This document shows positions 41,755 through 52,235 of a DNA stretch of 64,000 nt, piece by piece. The DNA is from Naegleria gruberi. Lineage: Eukaryota. Location: assembly GCA_000004985.1 (NCBI GenBank), contig GG738876.1; one strand, written 5' to 3'. A program made the position numbers and the translations under genes. Under the pieces are notes generated by a model. It was given only the letters and a program-made list of their open reading frames with translations. It made no database searches and was not told the origin of the DNA. Positions within the stretch are counted from its first letter, which is position 1. Each line of letters starts with the position of its first letter.

Positions 41755-42053
41755 TTTCAAAGATTTGGTGTGGGACTTTTTTTTTTGGTTTGAGATTTTT
41801 CAAAAATCGTTTTTCTAGAATGCTTCCAATTTGTTTTGACTGAATTTTGATGAGCCAAGCAAAGCGCGTAAAATAGTATTGTAACACAACAAAATTGTTC
41901 CATTGCACAATGAGAAGATATTGAGGGTAACCATCTAAAAGATAGGTTAGGACCTAGATATATGGTATAAGGCAGGTTGACTTGTATTGAAAATAAATAT
42001 TATTTAAATATTTACAATTTAATAAAATTTAAATTAAATATTCCTTTAAAAAA

Positions 42054-43635
42054 ATGAATCAAGATGAAACTCTAGAAAATTCATCACCATCATCATCCGC
42101 TCTACCCAATTCAACTTCCGATATTAATCCTTCAGCTCCTATTATTAACAATGGTAATAAGAGTTTCTTTGCATTTGAAAAGAGTCCCATCGACATTGAT
42201 AGAGTAAAATTAATTCCAACCCAACATGTTCTCCAATCTCAAGTTTATGAAGCCATTTCCATGATGAATGATAAGAATGATTTAAATAATAACAATAATA
42301 ATAAGGAAATATTATCATCATCATTAATGTTGAAGAATTTTCCATTGTTAGAATGTATTCCACGTGTTCCGATGACAACTTCCTCTCATCAGATGGTCTA
42401 CGTTCCGAATATGAGAAGTATTTTAGTATGGGGAGGAGCAAAGGTTGAAATTAGACCTTTGGATTATAATTTATTGAGTGGAAGATATGTTAATGATGAG
42501 AATAGTGAGAAGGAGATTGGATTGAATCATTGGATTGATTCGGATGGATTGAAGATTGATGTTTCTGAAGTGAATGATAATGTCTTGTCGAGTTATTTGG
42601 ATACTTCATTCTCATGTTTGGATTTGAAGAGTGAGAAATGGGAAACTAGGATACATTGCTCTTTTAAAGAGTTTGAATCATCTATTCAAATGGAAAGTGG
42701 AAAATGATGAAAATGTGGAGACTATTTTCAATTGTTCACCAACTTCTTCAAAGACAAGTCATTCATGTATTTACAATGATAAGGATAATTTAATTTATAT
42801 TTTGGGAGGTGTTTCACATGATGTGGAACAAACATTGAAAATATTTACTTTTTCATTACAAAATAGACAGTGGACTTGTTATAATTTCAAAGATACACTC
42901 AATCCTAATATCCCTTCTCCACATTTGAAAGGTCAAGTTGCCACCTATAGACCACAAACAAACACTATCCATGTCTATGGAGGTCAATATATAGATGACT
43001 ATGAATTAATATCAAACGATTGTATTTATGTTTACAATTGCACCACTAGTAAATGGGAAAATAGGTTGGTACCAGACTTACCTATTCTAGGTCGTTCCTT
43101 TTCCACCTGTGCATATTGCAAGAAGGCAGATTCCATGTTTGTATTTGGTGGTGTTCTAAATGTTATTGGAGAATTGACCAATGAATTGTGTCAGTACAGT
43201 TTTTCAGAAAACCAATGGACTGTCTACAAATACGCCTCCTCTAAGCCAATTAAACCAGTTTATGGACATTGTATGTGCTTAATTGACGATCGTTACATGT
43301 TCATTTATGGAGGTTGTGAACAAGCATTGACACCAATTCCTTCCTCTCAGTGTATTGTTTTTGACATTCTTGCTCAGAGATGGTACGATTTGAGTGAAGT
43401 TTTACAATTATTCAATTCAGTAGAAAATCCAGCTCAGATGCCACCTCTCAATTCTTCATCAATAATTTTCGATGAAAATAGTAGAAGAATTATCATTTAC
43501 GGAGGAAATGAAATTGAAAATGGAAACAAGACTTCCAATACCAGATTTTTATTCTTACTCAAAGATGGAAATAACAATTTAGAAAATATGATTGGAAAAC
43601 CAAAACTTTCAGATGTTCTAGTGGAGACCTTATAA
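42054..43635 (+). CDS. Kelch-repeat (beta-propeller) protein encoded in two overlapping frames (42054..42707 and 42628..43635). Either a frameshift/pseudogene or an unresolved splice.
   Basis: Kelch blades ILGGVSHD, VYGGQYIDDYE, FVFGGVLN, IYGGCEQ, IIYGGNE. The second ORF starts on GTG. No canonical intron reconciles the frames. Confidence 0.45.
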
Positions 43636-43712
43636 AATGTCTATTTTCTATGTGAAATTCTTGATACTTCCAGTATCCACTCGAACTTCGTTCTCATACA
43701 CAAACCAAAAAA

Positions 43713-44213
43713 ATGCCAAAACCTGCACCGAGCAGAACTAAATTAACAACATCAATCGTATCCCATCCCTATGCAAAAAAGAAGGAAGAAATTAATCAAA
43801 TCAATTCAAAAATTCAAAAACTCACCACTTTTCAGAAAAGAGTGTATGTTGCATTAACTAGAATTCCTTCGGGTCGGGTTACAACTTATGCCGGGTTGGC
43901 CAATTACTTGGATTGTAAATCGTCACAAGCAGTTGGTCAGGCATTGAAGAGAAATCCATTTGCTCCTGAAATTCCTTGTCATCGTGTTATAAAATCCAAT
44001 ACGTTTCATATTGGAGGATTTATGGGGAAAACCGAGGGAGATGAAATTGTAAAAAAGACAAGGTTATTGAAAGAGGAAGGAGTTGAATTTGATTCTAGTG
44101 GTGTGTTGATTGATAGAAAATTGATTCATTCCTTTGCAGATGATTCTGAATTGGAGAAGGATGACAAGGAGCTTGATTCACTTCTTTGTGATTTGTTAAA
44201 TTTCAAAAAATAA
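43713..44213 (+). CDS. MGMT: O6-methylguanine-DNA methyltransferase (MGMT/Ogt/Mgt1), 166 aa
   Basis: Active-site motif IPCHRVI and flanking helix-turn-helix (RVTTYAGLANYLDCKSSQAVGQALKRNP). Confidence 0.85.
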   Translation: MPKPAPSRTKLTTSIVSHPYAKKKEEINQINSKIQKLTTFQKRVYVALTRIPSGRVTTYAGLANYLDCKSSQAVGQALKRNPFAPEIPCHRVIKSNTFHIGGFMGKTEGDEIVKKTRLLKEEGVEFDSSGVLIDRKLIHSFADDSELEKDDKELDSLLCDLLNFKK

Positions 44214-44250
44214 TATTGTAAATAGATTCCAATATTTGTAAATAATTACA

Positions 44251-45326
44251 TTATTTCATTTCCATCTTTTCTTCATACTTTTTATATTCTATAATTTCGT
44301 AGAGCTCGCTTCTAGTTTGCATTGTAGAAAGTACAGGTTCAACAGTTCCATTCTTGGAAATTGATTCGTACACATTCTTTGCAGCTTTAGCCATAGCTCT
44401 AAATGCACTCAATGGGTGGAGAACCATTGAAACACCAACACTAGCCAATTCTTCTCCAGTAAACAGAGGTGTTTTACCTAAAATTTAGATATTGAAATAT
44501 TGAAATTCAAATCTTTGAAATATTCGAAATAATACTTACCAAATTCTGTAATATTGGCCAAAATTGGAACATTTACTTGCTCTACAAAGGCTTTATACTC
44601 TTCCAGAGTTGTGCATGCTTCAGGGAACAACATATCTGCACCAGCATTCACATACTGTTTTGCTCTTTCAATTGCCTTTTCCAATCCTTCAACTGCCAAC
44701 GCATCAGTTCTAGCAATAATGACAAAATCCGAATCCACCCTAGCTTCACAAGCTGCCTTAATTTTCTCCACCATTTCCTCCGTACTAACTATTTGCTTAT
44801 TAGGTAAATGTCCACAACGTTTCACACTTTGAATTTGATCCTCAATATGAATAGCTGCTACTCCAACTCGTTCCATCTCTCTTACACACCTCATCACATT
44901 CAAAACTCCTCCAAATCCTTTTTCAAAATTAATATTTATTTCCATTCAATATAAATATAATATTAAATATAATATAATAAATATAATAATTAAAATATCA
45001 ATTCCATAAAAACACATACCAGTATCCACATCCACAAGTAATGGCAAATTAGTACATGATGTAATTCTCCTTGCATCCTCCAAAACATCACTCAAATTAG
45101 TCATTCCCATGTCTGGTAATCCAAAACTAGCTGTGGCCACACCACTTCCACTCAAATAAATTGCCTGATGACCACATTCTTCTGCTAACAAGGCTGTAAA
45201 TGCATTGATGGTTCCGACAATGTGGAGTGGTTGTTTATTGTTTTGGTTTTGGTTTTGGAGGGAAAGTTTGAATTTCTTCCCTGGAGAGAGTTTGGTAGAG
45301 GGTGATTGGCAAATTGTGTTGAGCAT
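44251..45326 (-). CDS. Isocitrate-lyase/PEP-mutase superfamily enzyme (2-methylisocitrate lyase / oxaloacetase-like), three exons: join(45326..45020, 44917..44540, 44477..44251), ~304 aa
   Basis: Motifs LLVDVDTG|GFGG and [13 protein letters not shown]|[11 protein letters not shown]...[11 protein letters not shown] aligns with bacterial PrpB. Intron 1 is 102 nt (GTATGT...ttgaaaaag). Intron 2 is 62 nt (GTAAGT...aaattttag). Track ORFs 44946..45326, 44478..44945 and 44251..44448 are the exons plus read-through. Confidence 0.8.
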
Positions 45327-45854
45327 TTTTTTTTTGGTTTTGGAAATTTGGAATTGTTTTGAATTTCGAATAGAGGAATCGCTTAATATTTGGAGGATTA
45401 TTTGGTCAATATTCTTGAGGTTAATGAGAAGTGTTGAATTAATAAAGTTAGCTCTTAAAATTTATTCTATTTGTTTCAAGTTCTTGTTTGAACTATGTGA
45501 GGATTAGGATACGAATTTGATGTGGTGCTGTTTTAAACATAAATTCTTATTGGAAAGTTGTTTGATTTAATCAGAAAGGTCAATTGCTAAATTTTGGGTT
45601 TCCGATAGCCAAATTGTGGATTCGAATAGACTTCCTAGACCTGTAAGAACATGGCGACGAACTCTATAGAATTCCATTCCCTCTCCAAGCTCAAGTTCTG
45701 TGCGCTACATGACAACATGTGAAAGAAACTTACTGCAATAAAAACCTTCATATCTGCGTACATTTCGTACCAATAGAAAGAAAACTAAACCAATTTCCAA
45801 ACACCCAAAAAAAAACGAAACAAACTCTCAAGAACCCAACAACAAATTCTCAAA

Positions 45855-47183
45855 ATGAATCATCTTAAACGATTGATTGTTTTGGCTCTTGTAGTTGTAC
45901 TCATGTTTGTCGTCTCACTTTCACATGCTCAAGACGAACAACAGGAAAACAACAATAAGAGACCACCAAGACCTTTACCTTCAGGTAGACCACCAAGACC
46001 ACATCCAGATCATTCTGGAGGGCGACCACCTCGCCCATTCCCATCTGGAGGAAGACCACCACGTCCAGATCATTCAGGAAGAAGACCAAGACCAGATCAT
46101 TCTGGTGAGAGACCACATCCACCAGGTCCACAACCAGATCATTCAGGAAGAAGACCACCAAGACCTGGTCCACATCCTGGTCAATCAGGATTACCACCAC
46201 GTTCTGATGAACAAGATGGTCAAAGTGAAAATAGACCTCGTCCACCAAGACCTCATCCAGAACGTTCAGGTGAAAGACCACATCCAAGACCTTTCCCATC
46301 TGGAGGTAGACCACCAAGACCAGACCACTCAGGAAGAAGACCAGGTCCACATCCAGATCATTCTGGAAGACCACCTCGTCCACATCCAAGACCAGAACCA
46401 TCTTCTGAAGATGACGAACACTCTGATAGACTTGAACAAGGAAACAGACCTCGTCCACCAAGACCAGATCGTTCAGGTTTGCCACCTCGTCCATTCCCAT
46501 CTGGAGGAAGACCACCAAGACCAGATCATTCAGGAAGAAGACCACATCCAAGACCTGAACACTCTGGTGAGAGACCACATCCAAGACCAGCTCACTCTGG
46601 TGAAAGACCACCAAGACCAGATCATTCAGGAAGAAGACCAAGACCAGGTCCACAACCAGACCAATCGGGAAGACCACCTCGTCCTTATCCAGAACATTCT
46701 GGTGAAAGACCAGGCCCACGTCCTCAACCACAAGAATCAACTTCATCCTTAATAGGTGAAAGACCACCAAGACCTGATAGATCTGGAAGACCACCTCGTC
46801 CATTCCCATCTGGAGGCAGACCACCAAGACCAGGCCCATCTGGAGGAAGACCAGGTCCTGGACCAGGTCCACAACCTGATGTTTCATCTGTTGAAGATCC
46901 ACTCATTGATGCTCAAAATAATACCAAGAATGAAATTCCAAATGGACCATCCAATGGTTCTGATGCTTTGGCCATTGTCTTTGGTGTTATTGGTGCAATT
47001 GTTGTCATGGCTGCTATTGCTCTTGTCATTGGAAGTGGAATTGCTGTTTTTGTTTTGAAGAAGAAGGGTTATTCACTCTCATTGAAGAAACATCAAATGT
47101 TGAGAGATGAAGACGAATTTGAATATCCACAACAAGACCAAACTCCAATTTACTCTGTCAATCAACCAGTTGCTCAAAATTAG
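45855..47183 (+). CDS. Type-I membrane-anchored Pro/Arg-rich tandem-repeat protein, 442 aa: signal peptide, ~30 repeats of RPPRP(D/H)HSG(G/E/R), and a C-terminal TM plus short cytoplasmic tail
   Basis: Signal peptide MNHLKRLIVLALVVVLMFVVSLSHA. 27-nt DNA periodicity across 45960..46870. C-terminal TM ALAIVFGVIGAIVVMAAIALVIGSGIAVFVL followed by KKKGY. Overlapping ORFs in other frames and antisense are repeat artefacts. Confidence 0.7.
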   Translation: MNHLKRLIVLALVVVLMFVVSLSHAQDEQQENNNKRPPRPLPSGRPPRPHPDHSGGRPPRPFPSGGRPPRPDHSGRRPRPDHSGERPHPPGPQPDHSGRRPPRPGPHPGQSGLPPRSDEQDGQSENRPRPPRPHPERSGERPHPRPFPSGGRPPRPDHSGRRPGPHPDHSGRPPRPHPRPEPSSEDDEHSDRLEQGNRPRPPRPDRSGLPPRPFPSGGRPPRPDHSGRRPHPRPEHSGERPHPRPAHSGERPPRPDHSGRRPRPGPQPDQSGRPPRPYPEHSGERPGPRPQPQESTSSLIGERPPRPDRSGRPPRPFPSGGRPPRPGPSGGRPGPGPGPQPDVSSVEDPLIDAQNNTKNEIPNGPSNGSDALAIVFGVIGAIVVMAAIALVIGSGIAVFVLKKKGYSLSLKKHQMLRDEDEFEYPQQDQTPIYSVNQPVAQN

Positions 47184-47579
47184 GTTCAATTTAAGTTTTT
47201 CAAAGATTATCGAGCGATAATAACACATTAATTTGCACTACTCTAAAGTGTGCATTCTCTCCTTGTGAGTACAAATTTACAAAATAAATACATTATTTCA
47301 TTGGTAAATTGATTGGTCTGAAAACTTAATTGTAATCTTTCCTTTATTAAAATCTCAAAGTAAAATTCCAACATCATCAATTTAAAAAATTGTCGTTAGA
47401 GCTCCTTCTCTTTGTTCATCATCATCAGTAATAATAATACTTGTGCGTTGAGAAGAATTGTTCTTTTGGTGGATCATCACAATTTGACTTGAGGAATTTA
47501 AATTATCTTTCACAAACAATTCAACGTTTTGATTAAACCTATTGCTTTTTTGTATATTTGTGGAACATTAGGTATTAGG

Positions 47580-49409
47580 ATGAAGAATAGTTATTCCACA
47601 TCAACGAGTGGTGGAATTTTATATAGTTCCGAATTTATTCAAGTTAATTTAGCTGCTGATGCAAAGGGTGATGAAGAAAATGGTTTTCAACCCAAGGCTG
47701 CATGTGTCTCTTGTAGAAAGCTACATCGTCGATGCTCAAAGGAATTTCCGAAATGCTCTGAATGTGTTACTCATCACAGAAAGTGTATTTACATGGATAC
47801 AAAAACAAAAGAAAGAAATCTAGCCTCATCATCATCAACAGATCGCACTACTAGTAGAGATAGTAGGGGTAATAACCAGAATAATAATAACAGCAAACGA
47901 TCAATGAGGAGAGCAGCGTCTACAATTGAAGAACCTCAAATTGCAATCACAGAGGGACTAATTAAGAAAAGTATCAAGAGACAAACGTTCAATGTCTATA
48001 TGGACTTGGTTTGTATGGGACTACCATTCATTACCCCTCAAAATTTTGAAAACATGCTCTTTTCTGAGAATATTCTGAATCAAAACACTAATGCAACCAG
48101 TATTAAGGCATTATTTCTATCAATACAGTCATTGTGTGATCAACGGTTTGGAAGAAGGGATGCTGCTATTGCTGCCTTCAATGAAGCAAAAAGTGAGCTA
48201 CATCAAGTTTTTGAAGATTACGATAACTATCTAAATATTTGTACATATAATAATTTAGCTTACTTTTCTGGTGCTGAGGGAGAGGATCAAATGTCACAAT
48301 GGTTCATGTCACCAGTAGAGTATTACCTATCAAAATATTCTGAATTGAATTTTAATTCCCATAACGAGCTGATAGGACTTGCCTTTGAAAATTTGAACAA
48401 AGGGAGTGGAATAACTAAATTATTTTATTTTGATAATAGATACAAATGGACAAGTCTCACTTTTGGAGATTATATAGGAATACCTTTCAAGTTATCTACT
48501 GGGAAAAGATTACCTCCTGAATTGAAGCAATTGGTGGATCGTGATTTGAATGAAAACACAGCACAAGCTGAGTCAGCAGTTCTTCAATGCATTCTTCAAT
48601 TTATGAAACAACACCATCAAAAGCTTGTGCATTCACCTGGTTTTCTCAACTTGTCTCGCATAGTGGATGTATCTAGTTTTACCAAAACAAGAATAGAATC
48701 ACTCCGAGTACTCTATTCAAAAGCAAATAGCCAAGAAAAGAGAGAGTTATTTTTCAAAGAAATGCTCAATCTTGCAAATACGACTACTGAACTAAGCAAG
48801 GATGATCTATTCCCATACATTTTACCTACCAATATTTTTGGTTTTGCTCTAGCTGCAGAAATTCATTTGGAAGCATTGTCTAATTTTTCTCATTTAGTAT
48901 CTGTTAGCGAAATTTTAGGGCATCTCAAACAAGATTTCCTAGCCCTTACTGTCCTTGCAAGGAAATATGGAAGAGTGCAGAAAGTTTATGGGTACATCTA
49001 TGATGAAATTCAGTCGGTATTGTTAAATAATGGAGTTCCTGCTGAAGAGTTATTGAACCTCATTTCTAATAATTCATTCAAAACACCATCTACCCCTAAA
49101 TTATATCCCCCTATTACTGTAAATAATCAAACCCATACAATTTCTCCCACCAACAACTCAACAGATCAAGTTATAACTTCTGAAAACTCTTCGCCCACTT
49201 CTGAAAATGTATCAAAGAAGAAGGATTTTCCATCGGCAGCTTTTCTTAATAATACGCTTCGTAATTTCAAGAAAACAATTTCCAACCAAGAAATTTGCAC
49301 GATAACTCCTCGAAGTTCTACAACATCAGATAGCCCAATTAATGAGGAAGAAATATCCTGCTTGAAAAATCAAACACTCTCAATACTGCAACAAACATTT
49401 TCAAAATAA
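47580..49409 (+). CDS. Gal4-type Zn(II)2Cys6 binuclear-cluster transcription factor, 609 aa. The track start 47529 is TTG; the first ATG is at 47580.
   Basis: ACVSCRKLHRRCSKEFPKCSECVTHHRKC has exact CX2CX6CX6CX2CX6C spacing near the N-terminus. Confidence 0.75.
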   Translation: MKNSYSTSTSGGILYSSEFIQVNLAADAKGDEENGFQPKAACVSCRKLHRRCSKEFPKCSECVTHHRKCIYMDTKTKERNLASSSSTDRTTSRDSRGNNQNNNNSKRSMRRAASTIEEPQIAITEGLIKKSIKRQTFNVYMDLVCMGLPFITPQNFENMLFSENILNQNTNATSIKALFLSIQSLCDQRFGRRDAAIAAFNEAKSELHQVFEDYDNYLNICTYNNLAYFSGAEGEDQMSQWFMSPVEYYLSKYSELNFNSHNELIGLAFENLNKGSGITKLFYFDNRYKWTSLTFGDYIGIPFKLSTGKRLPPELKQLVDRDLNENTAQAESAVLQCILQFMKQHHQKLVHSPGFLNLSRIVDVSSFTKTRIESLRVLYSKANSQEKRELFFKEMLNLANTTTELSKDDLFPYILPTNIFGFALAAEIHLEALSNFSHLVSVSEILGHLKQDFLALTVLARKYGRVQKVYGYIYDEIQSVLLNNGVPAEELLNLISNNSFKTPSTPKLYPPITVNNQTHTISPTNNSTDQVITSENSSPTSENVSKKKDFPSAAFLNNTLRNFKKTISNQEICTITPRSSTTSDSPINEEEISCLKNQTLSILQQTFSK

Positions 49410-50062
49410 TTCATGAAATAATACACCAAGTGACTTGATACATGATTGGTTTCAAGTTGGAGATTTGGAAAAGGAAAGAGAATATGATATTTAAAATAAT
49501 TCTTCCAACAAAATTCTCAGCAACTCATCCCTTCCCTTCTTGTCCAATATAACAAGAGAAAAAGTTTTTGCTGATTTCAGCAAGGAATTGAATTGGAACG
49601 CACGTTTAAAGCTAAAGAAAATTCTATTCCATAGATTATTGTAAAATGTTTTCAATTATACTCTTAATAAAACAAAACTCAAACTGGACCACCCTTTACA
49701 AAATCTTCACAACCTGTACAAAGATTCTCTCTCCTGAATTTCCCGTTGATGTCCTTCAAGCAATTTTTCAGCGATTGGCGACGGAAAATTAAAATCTAAA
49801 CATCGAAAAAAAAAATTCTCTCTCGTTGATTCTGTGTTTTCATCAATCATCACATTATCATTTTGTGCGGAGAGGATATCATCAAGAACAATAACAACAA
49901 CATCATTTCTCTCTCTGTGTGTGTAGACAAAGTAGAACAGGAGAAGATTTTATAGTAACAAAACCCGACGAGTGATTTTGATATCATCACGAAAGATTGT
50001 ATTTTCGATATTATACATCATCAATATAATTTATATAGTAGTACTACATTATTTAAATAAGA

Positions 50063-52207
50063 ATGCCTGCAACACACTCAAAAGTAGAATTGCCAACCAA
50101 GAGTGATTATTGGCTTGAACAAATGATTCTTGATATGATTCATTCGTTTGATGGACTCACCGCTAGGAAAGTACTCACAAGTAAATATACATACATTGCA
50201 ATTGCACTTGCTGTTGCTGTCAAGTTTGGTTCATCCTACTTGTTAAAAAAGAAGAAGAAGAATTTACCAGCACACAACAAACCACGTTCCTCAAATACAT
50301 CAAAAGATTCCACTTTGAAAAAGTTCTGGAGTTTGGTTAAAATTGGTCTTTTTAATCCAAATGGAGCAGGAAATTCTAGTGCAATGAAATATAAAACAGA
50401 TCCTGCCAATGGAAGAGAAATATGGATTATGGTTGGCCTTGCTTCCCTTGTTATCTTCCAAACATATATTGTTAATAGAAACAACAGTGTCAGTGGTGAC
50501 TTGATGGCTAGTTTAGTTGCCAGAGATTCTGCAACTTGTATTTATAGATTACTCCAAATTACAGGTATTTTAATCTTACAATCTCTGGTCAATCCATCCG
50601 TTACATCACTTATTGAAACACTTGCTTTGAGAATGAGAAAGAATTTGACTATGGATATTCATGATCGTTATTATACAGATATGGTTTACTATAAGATTTT
50701 GAATTTGGATAAGAGAGTTGGTGCTCCAGATCAAAGAATTACTCAAGATGTTGAAGTTTTCTGCAAACAATTCTCTGAATTATTTATGGATCTCTTGAAT
50801 CCAATTGTAGAAGTTTTATTGTATACTTACGAGCTTACTAGATTGATTGGTTCTGGTGGTCCACTCAGTATTATTTCATATGTCGTCATTGCCTTTGGTG
50901 TTTTGGGTATGGTCACACCAAACTTTACAAAGATGTCATCTGAAGTTCAAAATAAGGAAGGTAAATTCAGATCCATTCACAATAGATGTAAGAATAATGC
51001 CGAACTTGTTGCCTTCTATGCTGGTGAAGAAACTGAACGTTTGAAGATTGAAAAACAATTCGAAGAATTGACATCATACAGTGACTATGTCATTAACAAG
51101 AATTTCTTATTCGGTGTTGTTAATGATTACTTTACCAAATATTCTCCTCATGCTGTTACCTCAGTCATTGTTGGTATTCCAGTCTTCTTTGGTAGATTAC
51201 GTCCATTGCCAAAGGACAAACTTATGGGTCAATTGAGATATTTAATCTCTGTTGTTGCATTTGAATTCTTTGCTTTGGGTAAAATCATTGAACTTTTCAG
51301 AAAGATTTTGAAATTGTCAGGTATGACACAACGTGTCCACTTGTTGTATCAAGTCATGGATGAACTCAAGCATGGTAACTCTGATAATGTTAACTTTAAG
51401 TTAAAGTCTGCCAAGGCTGGTGGTTCAGGAGGTGAAATTCTTGAAAGTGATGAAATCAAATTTGACAATGTCATTATCAGAACACCAGATAATATTACAT
51501 TGGCTCGTAATTTATCTTTCAATGTTGGTAAGAATCAACACATTGTTATTACTGGTCCAAATGGAGCTGGTAAATCATCATTGTTTAGAATTTTGGGTTC
51601 TTTGTGGCCTCTTCACAGTGGTATTGTCTACAAACCACAAGCTAAGGGTTCAAATGCTCAAGGTTTGCACAAGGAAATCTTCTACTTACCTCAAAAGCCA
51701 TACAATGTTATTGGATCTCTTCGTAGTCAAATTATCTATCCTGATACGCAATTGAAGGATGGATGGAAAGATTCTAATTTGAAGGAACTTTTGGATGACT
51801 TTAGTATTGGTTATTTGGCAGGACGTCACTCAGATGGATTTGATGGTAAACAAGATTGGGACACCTTGTCAAGAGGTGAACAACAAAAATTGGCCATGGT
51901 TCGTCTTTTCTACCACAAGCCAAAGTATGCCATTTTGGACGAATGTACCTCATGTATTTCTGCCGACTCTGAACAAGAATTATACGGAAGATGTGCCAAG
52001 AATGGTATTACTTGTATCACTATTTCACACAGACCAGCCCTCGAAAAGTATCACACTCAAAGACTTGTTTTCAATGGTATGGGTGGTTGGAAATGGGAAG
52101 CCATTAAGGAATGGACTGAAGAAAGTTCTAGTTATGAAGTTAAGGGTGAAGATAATACATTCCGTGACGATAAGGAAGAGGAAGCTGTTGAAGCAACCAA
52201 AGAATAA
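50063..52207 (+). CDS. Peroxisomal ABC half-transporter, ABCD family (ALDP/PXA-like), 714 aa
   Basis: TMD followed by NBD with Walker A GPNGAGKSS, signature LSRGEQQKLAMVRL, and Walker B AILDECTS. ABCD-typical EAA-like loop. Confidence 0.9.
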   Translation: MPATHSKVELPTKSDYWLEQMILDMIHSFDGLTARKVLTSKYTYIAIALAVAVKFGSSYLLKKKKKNLPAHNKPRSSNTSKDSTLKKFWSLVKIGLFNPNGAGNSSAMKYKTDPANGREIWIMVGLASLVIFQTYIVNRNNSVSGDLMASLVARDSATCIYRLLQITGILILQSLVNPSVTSLIETLALRMRKNLTMDIHDRYYTDMVYYKILNLDKRVGAPDQRITQDVEVFCKQFSELFMDLLNPIVEVLLYTYELTRLIGSGGPLSIISYVVIAFGVLGMVTPNFTKMSSEVQNKEGKFRSIHNRCKNNAELVAFYAGEETERLKIEKQFEELTSYSDYVINKNFLFGVVNDYFTKYSPHAVTSVIVGIPVFFGRLRPLPKDKLMGQLRYLISVVAFEFFALGKIIELFRKILKLSGMTQRVHLLYQVMDELKHGNSDNVNFKLKSAKAGGSGGEILESDEIKFDNVIIRTPDNITLARNLSFNVGKNQHIVITGPNGAGKSSLFRILGSLWPLHSGIVYKPQAKGSNAQGLHKEIFYLPQKPYNVIGSLRSQIIYPDTQLKDGWKDSNLKELLDDFSIGYLAGRHSDGFDGKQDWDTLSRGEQQKLAMVRLFYHKPKYAILDECTSCISADSEQELYGRCAKNGITCITISHRPALEKYHTQRLVFNGMGGWKWEAIKEWTEESSSYEVKGEDNTFRDDKEEEAVEATKE

Positions 52208-52235
52208 CTCGATTCAAAAAATACAATTAAATTAT

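Noticed and set aside
45895-46906. Track ORFs 45895..46752(+), 45901..46902(-), 46724..46906(-) and 46756..47058(+) overlapping the Pro/Arg repeat gene
   Set aside because: These are artefacts of the 27-bp CCA/AGA-rich periodicity, which keeps alternative frames and the antisense strand stop-free. Their translations are His/Gln/Val-rich low-complexity strings with no signal peptide or start context.
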